Shown: positions 19,101 to 30,083, numbered from the stretch's first letter. The stretch is DNA of 64,000 nt from Chitinophagaceae bacterium (GCA_947379895.1 CANCPA010000001.1:6286-70285), one strand, 5' to 3'. The notes: generated by a model not told the origin, from the sequence alone. Numbers and translations are program-made.

Positions 19101-22100
19101 GCCCCTGCTGCTAAAATATCTGCTCCAGTAGCTGTTTTTACAATACCCTTAGTCAACGTCAATGTTCCATATAATGCGACTGTTGATAAACTTGACTTAA
19201 GTGTTATGCTATCGGTAGCATTCTGCGTATTAATTGTGAGGTTACCCATATAACCTGCCCCAAGCGTAGAATTTGTTAATACTACATTATGCGAACCAGG
19301 GAATGAAATACTTCCCCCACTTAAAACGATAGTACTACTCGTTGCTAAAGTCCCTGCACTAAATCCACTATAGGCGTTAACAGTACCTGCAGTAACATTA
19401 TAAGTGCCATTGAAAGTGACAGTAGTTGACGCATCAACTGTCAATCCACCAGAATTCATTGAGAAAGCATTGATTGTTTGAGCAGAACCCACTTCAAATA
19501 CACCTCCAGAGACTGATACACTACAAGTTGCAGGCAATGTATTTGTTCCTGACACTTTAAGTGTACCTCCCGAAACTGTAGTTAAACCTGTATAAGTGTT
19601 TGTACCAGTTAGAGTTTGTGTGGCAGCACCCGATTTGGTAATTGCTCCTGTACCACTAATTACACCTGCATAGGAAGTATTTGTAGAACCAGCTAATGTT
19701 AGGGTAGCAGCACCTAAAGTTACATTGCCACCAGTAGAACCACCTGTAGCCAAAGAGGCGATGCTAGTATTATAACCAGTAATGTCTAAAGAAACACCAG
19801 TCGTATTAGCCAAAGAAACTGCAGAATTTGTACCAAAAGCGGCTGTACTTCCTGCCTTTAAGATACCTCCACTTACTGTAGTGGCACCTGTATAAGTATT
19901 TGTACCTGAAAGAGTGATAGTTCCTGAACCAGATTTAGTAATAGCTACAGTACCAGAACCATTTTGAATGGTTCCACCAAACGAATACGTACCATTTCCT
20001 GCACCAAGAGTTAAGGTTGGTGTACCAGAAGCAGACTGGATTGTCCCTGTACCTGTTAGTGTATAAGCACTTGTGCTATTACCTCCTAAATCAAGGGTAA
20101 AGGTGCTTAATGCAACTGTACCTGTGGCAGTGATAGCAGCGTTAAGTGTAACATTTGCTCCCAATGTAACATTTGCAGGATTACCTAAACCACTAGTAGG
20201 AAATGGTGTAGTAGTTGCACCATTTAATATGTAATTAGCCCCTGCAGTAAAAGTTCTAGTTGCAACTTGAATACTACCTGTAGAAGTACCAACAAGTCCG
20301 TTTGTATTTGAAGAAATAATGGTCGAACCACTACTTGCTATGAATGCAGGAGTTACAGAAGAAGCAAACCCTGATGCGGTTGTATTCGTTCCTTTGACAA
20401 TAGAAAATGTTGAGAAATCTAATGTTGCATTATTTGCTACTGTAACAGTTGCAACATTACTTGCATTGAATGAATAATTATTCAAATTTAGATTGGATGC
20501 CAATGTAAGTGTACCTGCATTAACATTTATATCAATAGGCCCATTCGTATTATTGAATGTACCAGCATTATTAAATTGCTTAGAACCATTCCCATTGAAG
20601 TTAATGATTGCCTTATATGCTGTAGAACTTTGAGTTAATAAACCACCTGAGGCTATGCTAAGATTACCTGATAGATTAAGAGTTCCTAATCCTCCAGTAG
20701 TGGCACCATAGTTTAGATTTAATCCACCTGTTGCTCCAATTGTCAAATTTCCTCCAACAGTGAGTGTACTATTTCCATCCGATGTATTGTTTAATCTTAC
20801 AAATACTCCCCCTGAACTTGTTAGATTGAAATTTCCCCGAATATCAGTTAATGTATTATTCAAATTTAATCCAGTAGTCATACCAGTACAATTCCAAGTA
20901 TAATTTCCAAAAGATTGACTAAACCCTGCTGGCAACACGGGCGATCCACCTGTAACGCCTGTTATGTTACAAGTTGAATTTATATCCCAAGAAGCTGTAG
21001 GTACTGTCCCTCCATTTACATTGTGTGTATATAAAGTGGTTGCACCAAAGATTAAAGAAGTGGCAGTTGCACCTGTAATGGTAGCCCCATTATTAGTTAG
21101 TACTGCACTAGCACCCGAAAAAGTTAAAACTGCATTTGTTGTGATAGTTAATGTAGAAGCAGAACTTAATTGTAGTGTTCCAGAAATGGTATATGCACCA
21201 GTACCAGTTGTCAAAGTACCTCCAACTATAGTAGTTCCTGTACCTATTGTTCTTGCTCCATTTCCAGAATTTGTAATGTTGTTGTAGGTTAGCGGAGTTA
21301 TAACCTGCGTACTAGCAGATGCATAATCTACAGTAGAAGCAGCTCCCAAAGTTAAACTCGTATTTGAAGTAGTAATTGTTGTATTAGCTGCACCACTTAA
21401 CCCATTCAAGTTTGTAGTAGAAATTGTACCAGCAACACTAATAGAAGCAGTTCCAGTACCAGTTTGACTGATTGTGTAATTTCCAGCAGCTAATGTAGAA
21501 TTTACAGTTAAGGTATTCCCTCCATTTATTAAGACATTACCTAATAAAGTAGCCGTATTTCCTGTTGTGCTGATTGTCAAATTACCATACGTGCCTACCG
21601 AAACATCTTGTGCACCTGTAGTCCTATTGTAAATTACTGTAGAGCCTAAAGCAAAAGTTACTGAAGGACTATTTGTACTACTAAAAGAAGATGTAGCTGC
21701 ACCACTAATTCCATTACTTGCCTTTTGTGTGTAAATAGTACCATTGATAGTTGCTGATGCACCTGTACCGAACGACATGGAAGTCGTAGCGATGTCTGCA
21801 AAACAACTAGAATTGAGTATGAACGAACCATTAGCTGCAATTGCAGGACTTGCATTGAAAGTCTTTACACCTGTTATTCCTGAAACCAACAAATTATAAT
21901 AAGGATTCGCTGTGGTAATAGTCTGAGCCGAAGTACTGTTATACTCAACTGTAGAACCTGTGCCCAAAGTAATGGTTGGTGTATTTGTACTTACAATTGA
22001 TGTAGAAGCTGTTCCAGAAAAACCATTGGTATTAGCCGTTTGGAATTTCCCATTGATAGTAGCAGTTCCACTTGTACCAAAAGTTAGGGTATAAGTACTT

Positions 22101-25100
22101 GCCGTAAGCGTAGTTCCTGTAGCAAGTGTAAATGTGTTACTATTACCTAAAACAATATTTCCTCCCAACGATTTTGTAGCGGCAATATTTTGTATAGTAA
22201 GATTACCATAAGTACCTGCGGTGACAGTTTGTGCGGTTCCTCCATCATAAATTACGGTACTAGTCGCATTCAAGGTACCAAATGTTGGAATTGTTGAATT
22301 CTGTAGAGTCAAAGTAGAACCTGCAGTTACATCAACTGTTCCAGTGTAAGCATACGCTGATGGGATAGTAAAGTTGATGGCAGTACCACCATTTCCTATT
22401 ACGACTTTCGAACCACTTCCTGAAACTGTCCAAGTTGCTGCAATAGTAGGTGTCGTATTATTCACCATGTTATAAGTAGCATTTGCTGCTGTAAAATTAC
22501 TTGGCGCAGAACCTGTACCATCCGAATTAGTTCCCCATGTACCTAACACATCTAAAGATCCTGATGATTTGCTATAATAGACGGGGTTAGAAGTAGTAGC
22601 AGTAATAACATTCGAACTTGCACTTGTGTTACTTGCAGTAACAGCCCTAACTACATAATTATAGGCAGTAGAACTTGAAAGGCCTGTAACATTGTAAGTG
22701 GTTACATTGCCAACATTTTGATTATTGAAGCCTGAAACGTAACTAGTGCTTGAAGAACCATAGTTTATCGCAACATCATCAAAAGCAAGATTTCCACTTG
22801 ATTTTGTATAGGTAAACTTAAACTGAGTATAATTGCTAGCAGCCAAAAGAGTAGGTGTACTACTTGCATTATAAGTATAAGTCGTACCAGAAATAGGTAT
22901 AGAGTTTGTAATACTATCAATCCGAACCCAAGATGATCCATTCCAACCTTGTATAAGTAATGCACTTGTAGCATTTGTTGAATTCCCTTTAATCCAAAAG
23001 CTTAACTGAGTAGCACTTGCAGCAAGAGTAGGGCTAGTTAAATATTCCCCATTGTTTGCAAAACCAGTTGAAGGAGATGCTGCGCCATAATTACCCGCCG
23101 ATGTGTATCCACCAGATGCTGTACCAGACCAACCATTTGGAACATTAGTAGCAAATGGTTCACTTAAACTACTTGCATTATTAGTAATTTTATAAACATC
23201 TAATGCATAGCTAGTTGCACCAGTAACAGCCCCCCAATTGGCAGTAAATCCGCTTTGTGTAATTGAACTTGCGTCTGTTGCTACAGGCGTACCTAAGGTG
23301 ACAACGGTTAATAAACCTGGACTTGTAGTTAAATAATTCGCATTATCTGCACCACCACCATTTACACCATTATAGCTATAGATGGCAAAATTATAGGCCA
23401 CACCTGCTGTCAATCCTGTTACTGTAACAGAAGTTGTGGCAGTACTAGCCATTAACACAATGTAATTACTACTTCCTAAGTTAGTACCTGCCCCATAAAC
23501 ATTTGAACCTGCACTATAACCACTAGCACCATCTACCGGATTCTGTGAAACAGCAGCAGTTGGACTAACCACTATTAGGTTGTTACCTCCATTACCATTT
23601 GTAATGGCTAATGTGGCACTCGTAGTTGTATAGGAAGTAAGTGCTAGACTGCTCTGCGTAGTTGGTTTCGTAGCCAAAGTATAAAATTGACCTTGTAGTG
23701 GAGATGTCGTATTATAAGCAATACTACTTCCGGAACCATTATAACTATAGACGCCGTAACTGTACTGTAATGCATTTGTTAAAGTAGAATTTACAGCAGC
23801 ACTTATGCTAGAACCAACATATTCAACAGTTGCATTACCAAGAGTAACACCTACTGTATAGGTAGTTCCTGTTACAGGATTAGTATTTGGATAAGTAGTA
23901 CCCGAAGCTGTGGTTCTTAATACAATATATCCTGCAGCACCACCACTAGCAGCCGACCATCCAAGTGTCATTCCTGTTGTTGTGACAGCTGTTCTACTCA
24001 AGCTTGTAGGTTGTGTAGAAGGTGCAGTAGCTAAAGTTGTAAAAGTAGTAGCTGTACCGTAAGTATAAGAAGTTCCATCAAATAGATATGACTTAAAGGT
24101 ATATCCTGAATTTGAAGAAAGACTACTGATATCCAATGTGTAGGCTCCGGTAGCAATACCTGCAACTGCAGTTTTAGTTACTCCTGTACCATTCACCAAA
24201 GGATCGCTATTTGTAGCAGTTAATGAATAAACAAAACCTTTTTCTGTTGTAGCAGGACAAACACCCAAAGTAGTCACATTTCCATTAAGTGTTGCTGTCA
24301 CATCTGCAATAGCTGTTGCAGCATTTGTTGATACAACAGAAGTTACAGGTGTAATTCCTGTACCTGTTAGTGAACTTGTGGTGGTATTGCTGCCACTAGT
24401 AGTACTACTTACCGTTATAGTAGCAGACTTAGACCCTGCACTTGTTGGAGTAAATGTCACTAAATAAGTAGCAGTACCTCCATTTGCTGTAATTGAGGTA
24501 GAAGATAAACCACTAACAACAAATTGTGCATTATCTGAAATTACTGAAACACCTGCAGCATCAGTACTGCCAGAATTTGTAATAGTATATTGAATTGAAG
24601 TAGCTGGACTATTAGGACATGTATTTCCATTATCGGTAGGTATGCCACTAATTGTTAAATTAGGATAAGATGGAATAGTACTTACTACACTATTAGATAT
24701 AACTGCATTTTGTGTAGTAGCGTTGTCTGAAGTACAAGCTATATTTCCAGAATAAGTTCCCGCTATAGTTGATGAAGCTATGCGAACATATATTGTTGTT
24801 GTATTGACCGTTCCACTTGAAGGAGTAAAAGTTAAAGAAGAGGCAAAACCAGAATTAGTTGAAGTAGAAACCTCAAATCCTGAAGGAGGAGTAACCACCA
24901 AATTAGCAGTCAATCCTGTACCACTAACTGTAAAACTCATATTACTAGAGGCAGTACCTGAATAGGTGGTAACAGAAGTAGGGGATAAAGTACCCACAGT
25001 AATTACAGGTGCTTGAGCTAATACAAAAATCCTAGCTGTGCTTGTAGTTGAGGACGAAGTAACAGAATAAGTAGATGCTGTGCCTGCAAGACTAGTATAA

Positions 25101-28100
25101 GTACCACCTACCGTAGCACTACTAGCAACAACATTATTCGATGAAATAGCAGAAGGGCGAGTAATAGAAACACTCGTATTTGTAAAATTGCCACTTGTAG
25201 TCATTTGCCAGTATTCCGTAGTACTCTTCGAATAAATAGTTGCATCAATACTTCCTCCAGGATTAGCAGCAAAAGCTTGTACTTGAGCAGTAACGCTACC
25301 TGCACCTGTAGTAGGATTCACTAAGCTAAAAGGATAATATCCACCACTAGTACCTATTGGATAGTTGTAAGTAGAACCCGATGCTAAACTAGCAGGTAAT
25401 GTCCAAAGTATTGGACCACTTACATAAGTTGTACTACTTCCACCTGTGATAGCACTTGTTGATGTATTGTTAATTGTAATAGCACTAGCGGTTGTTAGTT
25501 TACCTGCTGTCAGTGTTAATACACCACTAGAAGACAAGGCTAATGCCCCACCTAGAGACACTCCACTTGCCCTATTGATAGAAAGATTTAATAAATCACT
25601 GATAGAAGGTAGCGTTAATGCAGCAGCACTACCAATATCTCCAATATAAAGGCTAGAACCTGTACCGCCCGTAATAGCCGAAGTACCACTTATTGAACCG
25701 TTAATAGCGAACCCATACCCATTGATAGCAAGGCTACTACTATTTGAGAAGGTAAGTGTTCCATTAACCGCCAAGTATTGTGTTTGTGAAACTGCAGCAC
25801 TAGTTCTGTTTATAGTTAGATTATTTACTTGATAATAATTAGATCCACCAATTGAAGTAGAAGTTGATGTTATGAAGTTTCCTGTAGAAGCACCTTGAAA
25901 TTCAAAGTTTGCGCCACTACTAAATCCTCTTGTAGCCGTTTGAATAGCACCTGTAGAACCAGTTGCGTTGATACCTGCGGCATTTGCAGTAATTATTGTA
26001 GAACCAGCATAAGCTTGAAAATTAGTAAAGCCACCTGCATCCAAAATACTATAAGTGCTCGTGTTTAGTGTGGCACCACTATTTACAAAGAAGCCATTCA
26101 ATCTTGAAGCACTTGTTGATGACAAGGTGATGTTATTGCCTAGAGTAACCGTAGCACCATTCAATGCATAGAAATCTATAAAAGCATTACTAGTTGATGA
26201 TACAACAGTGTGACTACCACTTGTAAAGTTGATAGCACCATACCAATACCAATAACCGGTATTGCCTGTAACAGTACCACCTGTAATATTTAGATTGCCT
26301 CCAAGATTCAAGATACCCGAATAAACATAATTATTAGCTGTACTTGTATAGCCGTTCAATGTATTACCACTATTGTTATTATCGTAACCAAACGATAATA
26401 AACCACTGCTTACCGTTAAAGCATTTGTAACCCCTACCGTGGCAATACCCGCAGTACCACTACTAGGGAAAGTCATATATAAATATCCCCCATTAATCGT
26501 CAAGGCATTAAAAGAGTAGGTCCTGTTTGTTGCATCATTTATTAAGTACAATCCGTTTGCACCATTTCCTGTATTTGTAACTGTAAATGTACCAGCAGTA
26601 GTAAAGGATGCATTATTGAAGGCAAGGAATGCAGATTGACTAGCACAATTCCAAGTGAATTTTCCAAAAGTTTGACCTAAGCCTGTAGGCATAGTAGCTG
26701 TAACCCCTTGTACGGTAACTGTTGAAGCGGCATCCCACAAAGCGGTAGGGATTGCAGGACTTGTACTGTAGTTAGATACATAACCTGCACTCGCAGCAAA
26801 TTTGAAAAATGAAGTAGAGTTACCTAAATAACTACCTCCATTATCGGTTAAAGTACCTGTGATATTTAATATACCCGTGTTTATAGTAAGTCTTTTCCCA
26901 CTATTGAGGGTTACTGCACCTGGTAAATTAAAGGTGTTGCCTGAACTAACATTTACATATAAAGCACTAGATGTACCTGTACCCGTACCATTTAGAATGA
27001 TTGTACCATTATTAGTAATTGTACTAGAGAGACTAGAAATAGTAAATGGTCCAGAGATGGTTAAAGTTACACCTGCATCAACAGTTAAATTACCACCGCT
27101 AAGCGTAAGACTGCTTAAAGTTTGGTTACTACTCACCTGTAAAGTACCACCACTAACTGATGTAGCGGTTGATGATGAAAGAGTGGCACCCCCCGATTTA
27201 TTTAGTTGCAATGTACCGCCACTAACTGTTGTAGCACCAGTATAGGTATTTGTTCCACTAAATGTAATAGTGCCTGTACCCACTTTAGTAAGAGTATAGC
27301 CACTTCCACCATCGCTTAATACTCCAGATAATGTGATATTGCCACTACTTGTACCAACACTACTATTGCTACCCAACGATATAGCCCCACTATAGGTAGC
27401 ACCTGTTGCACTGCTATTGGTAATAGCACCAGCACTTGAGATACCTGTACCATTAATGGTAAGCCCTACTGCTTTAGCTAGTGTATATCCATTTAAGTCT
27501 AATACTGCACCACTTGTTACACTCGTACTACCTGTACCCAAGGGCGTATTAGTAGCATCACCAGTATTGCCTAATTTTAAAGTACCCGCACTAATGGTAG
27601 TACTGCCTGAATAGGTATTAGCTCTAGTAAGAGTCAATGTTCCAGCCGAAGTTTTAACCAATGAGCCAGAACCAGCAATAATACCTCCGTATGATACAGA
27701 AGTAGATGCCGCAACATCTAGCGTATTACTTGTTCCAGTAGATAATGTCATTCCACGGTTTGCATTTACAGAAACACCATTAAATCCACTGCCAAAGCTC
27801 AATGTACCGCCACCCAAGGTAATATAGCTCGAGTTAACTGAACCGGGAACAGCTCCCAAGTCGGTTTCTTTGTTCACTATTACAGTACCACCTGTAATAT
27901 TCAAGCCATTATAGGTATGATTTGTGGTATTCGATGCACTAAAAAGAAAAGTGCCAGCACCCGTTTTGTTGAATGGCCCAGAACCACTAACCAAGCATTG
28001 CCCACCATTTGCAATATTGGTTCCACCTGTATTGTAATTCGTCCATGTAACGCCATTGGGCAAATCGATCGTACTAGTCGTACCAGCAAAGTCAATACTT

Positions 28101-29584
28101 CTATCACTTACAAAGCTTGCTGTAGAGTTCATTGTACCATTATTCAAGTAGATAGTATTTACTTGTCCGCCTAATTTACCTACTCCAAGATTTGTAAGTG
28201 TACCACCGTTTACAGTTGTCGTTCCTGTGTAAGCATTAGAACCATTTGTAATTGCCAATACCCCTGTCCCGTTTTTTACAATATTGTATGCCCCACTAAT
28301 CAATCCCCCAAGTGTCAGTGTATCAGTAGATGCCCCATTTACAGTAATCGTTGGACTCGTTCCCAGAGTAATGGCACCTGTTCCTTGAGATAGACTTTTC
28401 GAATTGCCAAAAGTAAAGCTGGAATTTATATTAAGGGCATTGGTTATGGCTTCGTAGCTGCCACTCGTATTGTCTATCGTTGCTGTACCCGAAATAGTTA
28501 AAGCTCCCGTACCAAGTGCTGTAGCGTTGTTTACATTTAATTGCCCCGAACTTAGAATAGTGCCCCCAGAATAAGTATTGGTACCAGAAAGCGTAGTTGT
28601 ACCAGCACCAGCAAAGGTTAAGTTTCCTGCATTTGTGTTGCTTATTACTCCACTTAACGTTAATGGTGCTGCTGCAATAGGTGCAAAAGTAGTCGTTTGA
28701 CTTGTGCCTCCACCAATATCTACACTACCACCAAGAGTAATTGCACTACTACCACTTGTAGCAAATGAATAACCACTAGCACCTATTATTGTTCTACTTG
28801 GAGCAACACTAATAGTTGCAGGAATTGTCACAGATTTTGCCGCAGTTACTGTACTAGAGAAATTGGCATTATAAGCACCTGATGAAGGCCATACTACGCC
28901 AGGTGCTGTATTAGCAGTAAAAGTTGCCCCCGAACTAATACCCCAATTTTTTGTGGTATTGTTATCCCAAATATTATTGGTATTGTTTGCTGCGTTTCCT
29001 CCATTCCAAAAGTAATTCGTAGCTGGAGGCATTTGATATAATGTAATATTTTGTTGAGTACCAGTATAGCAAGCAAACCGTGGTGAACTAGTATTATATT
29101 GTAACAAACGAGTATTAGAACCAACATTGGTTAAAGTAAATGTTGTAGATGGATAAGCAAATGTCCACTGTTCAGTAGTTCCAGCAACAGAAGCTGCTGT
29201 GTTTGCTACATTACCACCTCCACTTGGGAATGAAACGTAAACTGAAGCAGCCTCATTATAAATAGTCTTTATGTTTCCACTAACCGTAGTTATTTTCCAA
29301 ACAATTGAAGTTGGAGGATTGGTAATTACTCCTGATGAAGGGGTAATAGCAGTATTACCAAAATATGTATTCCCTCCACTATTTGTATTATTCATTGCGA
29401 AGGTCGTTCCATAAGCAATTACATAATACCCATCTGAAAGTGACGCCAAAGAACTAATTTGCGTAAATGTTCCTGTACCTGAATATTGCCCCTTCACCCC
29501 ACCAACAAAAAAAGCCATACCCATCATCAATAGGGCAAGGCTTTTCATCATCAACTGTGCAATAGACTTTGTTGCAGTCTTCAT
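16106..29584 (-). CDS. Giant (~4,490 aa) T9SS-secreted beta-solenoid/adhesin-like protein with autotransporter-associated repeats, FN3 and YDG domains
   Basis: Signal peptide MKTATK...GVKGQ (ORF is open to 29650). About seven GxGTxTLSGxNTYTGxTTVxxGTL repeats, FN3-like units, YDG motif (KVYDGNATA), 'LPVNF' Ig domain and T9SS CTD (IYPNPVKD...GVYMLDL...KKFIKE). Confidence 0.9.
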   Translation of the reverse strand: MKTATKSIAQLMMKSLALLMMGMAFFVGGVKGQYSGTGTFTQISSLASLSDGYYVIAYGTTFAMNNTNSGGNTYFGNTAITPSSGVITNPPTSIVWKITTVSGNIKTIYNEAASVYVSFPSGGGNVANTAASVAGTTEQWTFAYPSTTFTLTNVGSNTRLLQYNTSSPRFACYTGTQQNITLYQMPPATNYFWNGGNAANNTNNIWDNNTTKNWGISSGATFTANTAPGVVWPSSGAYNANFSSTVTAAKSVTIPATISVAPSRTIIGASGYSFATSGSSAITLGGSVDIGGGTSQTTTFAPIAAAPLTLSGVISNTNAGNLTFAGAGTTTLSGTNTYSGGTILSSGQLNVNNATALGTGALTISGTATIDNTSGSYEAITNALNINSSFTFGNSKSLSQGTGAITLGTSPTITVNGASTDTLTLGGLISGAYNIVKNGTGVLAITNGSNAYTGTTTVNGGTLTNLGVGKLGGQVNTIYLNNGTMNSTASFVSDRSIDFAGTTSTIDLPNGVTWTNYNTGGTNIANGGQCLVSGSGPFNKTGAGTFLFSASNTTNHTYNGLNITGGTVIVNKETDLGAVPGSVNSSYITLGGGTLSFGSGFNGVSVNANRGMTLSTGTSNTLDVAASTSVSYGGIIAGSGSLVKTSAGTLTLTRANTYSGSTTISAGTLKLGNTGDATNTPLGTGSTSVTSGAVLDLNGYTLAKAVGLTINGTGISSAGAITNSSATGATYSGAISLGSNSSVGTSSGNITLSGVLSDGGSGYTLTKVGTGTITFSGTNTYTGATTVSGGTLQLNKSGGATLSSSTATSVSGGTLQVSSNQTLSSLTLSGGNLTVDAGVTLTISGPFTISSLSSTITNNGTIILNGTGTGTSSALYVNVSSGNTFNLPGAVTLNSGKRLTINTGILNITGTLTDNGGSYLGNSTSFFKFAASAGYVSNYSTSPAIPTALWDAASTVTVQGVTATMPTGLGQTFGKFTWNCASQSAFLAFNNASFTTAGTFTVTNTGNGANGLYLINDATNRTYSFNALTINGGYLYMTFPSSGTAGIATVGVTNALTVSSGLLSFGYDNNNSGNTLNGYTSTANNYVYSGILNLGGNLNITGGTVTGNTGYWYWYGAINFTSGSHTVVSSTSNAFIDFYALNGATVTLGNNITLSSTSASRLNGFFVNSGATLNTSTYSILDAGGFTNFQAYAGSTIITANAAGINATGSTGAIQTATRGFSSGANFEFQGASTGNFITSTSTSIGGSNYYQVNNLTINRTSAAVSQTQYLAVNGTLTFSNSSSLAINGYGFAINGSISGTSAITGGTGSSLYIGDIGSAAALTLPSISDLLNLSINRASGVSLGGALALSSSGVLTLTAGKLTTASAITINNTSTSAITGGSSTTYVSGPILWTLPASLASGSTYNYPIGTSGGYYPFSLVNPTTGAGSVTAQVQAFAANPGGSIDATIYSKSTTEYWQMTTSGNFTNTSVSITRPSAISSNNVVASSATVGGTYTSLAGTASTYSVTSSSTTSTARIFVLAQAPVITVGTLSPTSVTTYSGTASSNMSFTVSGTGLTANLVVTPPSGFEVSTSTNSGFASSLTFTPSSGTVNTTTIYVRIASSTIAGTYSGNIACTSDNATTQNAVISNSVVSTIPSYPNLTISGIPTDNGNTCPNSPATSIQYTITNSGSTDAAGVSVISDNAQFVVSGLSSTSITANGGTATYLVTFTPTSAGSKSATITVSSTTSGSNTTTSSLTGTGITPVTSVVSTNAATAIADVTATLNGNVTTLGVCPATTEKGFVYSLTATNSDPLVNGTGVTKTAVAGIATGAYTLDISSLSSNSGYTFKSYLFDGTSYTYGTATTFTTLATAPSTQPTSLSRTAVTTTGMTLGWSAASGGAAGYIVLRTTASGTTYPNTNPVTGTTYTVGVTLGNATVEYVGSSISAAVNSTLTNALQYSYGVYSYNGSGSSIAYNTTSPLQGQFYTLATKPTTQSSLALTSYTTTSATLAITNGNGGNNLIVVSPTAAVSQNPVDGASGYSAGSNVYGAGTNLGSSNYIVLMASTATTSVTVTGLTAGVAYNFAIYSYNGVNGGGADNANYLTTSPGLLTVVTLGTPVATDASSITQSGFTANWGAVTGATSYALDVYKITNNASSLSEPFATNVPNGWSGTASGGYTSAGNYGAASPSTGFANNGEYLTSPTLAASATQLSFWIKGNSTNATSALLIQGWNGSSWVRIDSITNSIPISGTTYTYNASSTPTLLAASNYTQFKFTYTKSSGNLAFDDVAINYGSSSTSYVSGFNNQNVGNVTTYNVTGLSSSTAYNYVVRAVTASNTSASSNVITATTSNPVYYSKSSGSLDVLGTWGTNSDGTGSAPSNFTAANATYNMVNNTTPTIAATWTVSGSGSKVVIGNGGTAINFTIPSAYAYTGTVDVTAGSTLTLQNSTIPTFGTLNATSTVIYDGGTAQTVTAGTYGNLTIQNIAATKSLGGNIVLGNSNTFTLATGTTLTASTYTLTFGTSGTATINGKFQTANTNGFSGTASTSIVSTNTPTITLGTGSTVEYNSTSAQTITTANPYYNLLVSGITGVKTFNASPAIAANGSFILNSSCFADIATTSMSFGTGASATINGTIYTQKASNGISGAATSSFSSTNSPSVTFALGSTVIYNRTTGAQDVSVGTYGNLTISTTGNTATLLGNVLINGGNTLTVNSTLAAGNYTISQTGTGTASISVAGTISTTNLNGLSGAANTTITTSNTSLTLGAASTVDYASASTQVITPLTYNNITNSGNGARTIGTGTTIVGGTLTTGTGAYTISGTLQLSSASTLTITTNAVLTFSGASAVLTNNGATITGATATSLIFGATTLYTHNVNGGTVPTASWDINSTCNITGVTGGSPVLPAGFSQSFGNYTWNCTGMTTGLNLNNTLTDIRGNFNLTSSGGVFVRLNNTSDGNSTLTVGGNLTIGATGGLNLNYGATTGGLGTLNLSGNLSIASGGLLTQSSTAYKAIINFNGNGSKQFNNAGTFNNTNGPIDINVNAGTLTLASNLNLNNYSFNASNVATVTVANNATLDFSTFSIVKGTNTTASGFASSVTPAFIASSGSTIISSNTNGLVGTSTGSIQVATRTFTAGANYILNGATTTPFPTSGLGNPANVTLGANVTLNAAITATGTVALSTFTLDLGGNSTSAYTLTGTGTIQSASGTPTLTLGAGNGTYSFGGTIQNGSGTVAITKSGSGTITLSGTNTYTGATTVSGGILKAGSTAAFGTNSAVSLANTTGVSLDITGYNTSIASLATGGSTGGNVTLGAATLTLAGSTNTSYAGVISGTGAITKSGAATQTLTGTNTYTGLTTVSGGTLKVSGTNTLPATCSVSVSGGVFEVGSAQTINAFSMNSGGLTVDASTTVTFNGTYNVTAGTVNAYSGFSAGTLATSSTIVLSGGSISFPGSHNVVLTNSTLGAGYMGNLTINTQNATDSITLKSSLSTVALYGTLTLTKGIVKTATGADILAAGAVSGGSANSYVNGPLGLSTPIATTYSFPIGKSGVYRPILFTYSSAPSPTSIVIIEQFEGNFPGTIPNDVSFNRFGNRYYNILQNTSSLAYTISLNNSGATPTGTVSIIRRDGASVTTNYNSVGSLVASTYYPTSSSYTASTNLSNDVAIVETAIPLTITGATTANKVYDGNATASVSGATLSGLVSGDNVTLVPVYNYSQNTPGTGLAITSTSTLSGTNAAAYTLSQPSLTARNITAGTVGQWLGVVSTSYTNVANWQSYSVPTGADNITIPTGTTYLPVLAADTTVNNLSIASGTTLGLGGNKLTINGTVSGTGTISGSASSSLTIGGSAGTLYLTPASNTIKNLTLNSSSSVTLGNAVNITAGASAGIVTIGSGATLTTGGNLSLKSDLSGSARIAQSAGSIVGDVTVERYIPSKAARKYSFIGSAVGGVSIQNSWQKNFYITGSGSGGTICGTTTGNGLISTDKYNTNGFDVSQAASASMYYYGSAMNGGSHWTPIPTTTDNLVLGKGYRINIRGDRTQGTCTDQLASGTPTAPVAVTLSAKGTVGAGDVVVDLTTKSVPANLYTLLANPYPSPIDFDAFRTDNANASTGITGNMWLYSPNSSNGNYTTYSGGTALNVPTGDDGYVNNLESGQAFFVQSASGSSQTVTFKEAHKIGTTPNRIKFFGTNPVKQIRVGFTNLADTRLDEIVVKFTPSGTKDYNVNDAVSFGGGSQQIVALKGSDRLAVSYYPDTLAIDTVTLGISSTTAGSFKLAFSDFAALDTTQSIILFDKYLSVKNDVRANPSYGFNITSDTASKGNNRFALIFTNAAANPLPVNFTNIGATKNGNSVAVNWHVTSEINIVSYQVERSTDAKSFVSINTVKASNSSSYQSDDNQLPEDATSLYYRIKAVEKNGTVIYSNIVKLSTDNSSISTINIYPNPVKDKINVSIAKSMINSNSYHVKVLSLAGKVVAEFASISSVNNKLGIPAAHLASGVYMLDLTDENGNSQVKKFIKE

Positions 29585-30045
29585 CGTTCGTACATTGTTT
29601 GTTGTTTGTACCATTTGTAACATTGTATTTGTATTGTTAGCTGTAAACATGTTTATTATTATTATCCTATTAACTCAAATTGTATAACGCCACAAAAAAG
29701 AACACTCTTGCAAAAGCAACAGCTCCCATTTTTGTTCACAAATTTTTTTCAATTTACAGCAATCGATAGACGATTTTCATCAATAGATATTAAAAAATAC
29801 AGACTCAAGTTGCAAAGTTACTGTCTGAATGCCGTAAAAATAGGGGAATTGGATTAATAAATTATTACCTTTTGAATGGATTAAGCAAATATTTTATAGT
29901 TAAAGCTGCAAAAATGTTAGCAAACGCTTAATTATTCACATATTATCACCAATTATATATAGAGATGATATTCTTTTCTTCAAAAGAGATAAAGGCGGAA
30001 AATTGAATCAGTTGTCTCTTTATTATCTTCAATTTAGCATACAAC

Positions 30046-30083
30046 AAAAAGCGGAATGTCTGCCTTTGCAAACACCCCGCTTT
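30046..30083 (-). terminator. Probable terminator of the 221-aa minus-strand gene
   Basis: AAAGCGG...CCGCTTT stem followed by a T-run on the minus strand. Confidence 0.55.

Noticed and set aside
17310-29127. Short ORFs overlapping the giant gene (e.g. 17829-18275, 20964-21287, 26859-27245)
   Set aside because: Val/Pro/Leu-rich antisense or off-frame shadows expected from Thr/Gly/Ser codons; no independent signals.
16106-29650. Diversity-generating retroelement or phase-variable cassette in the giant gene
   Set aside because: Internal repeats are similar at protein level but diverged in DNA. I saw no template/variable repeat pair differing only at adenines, and no reverse transcriptase or invertase.
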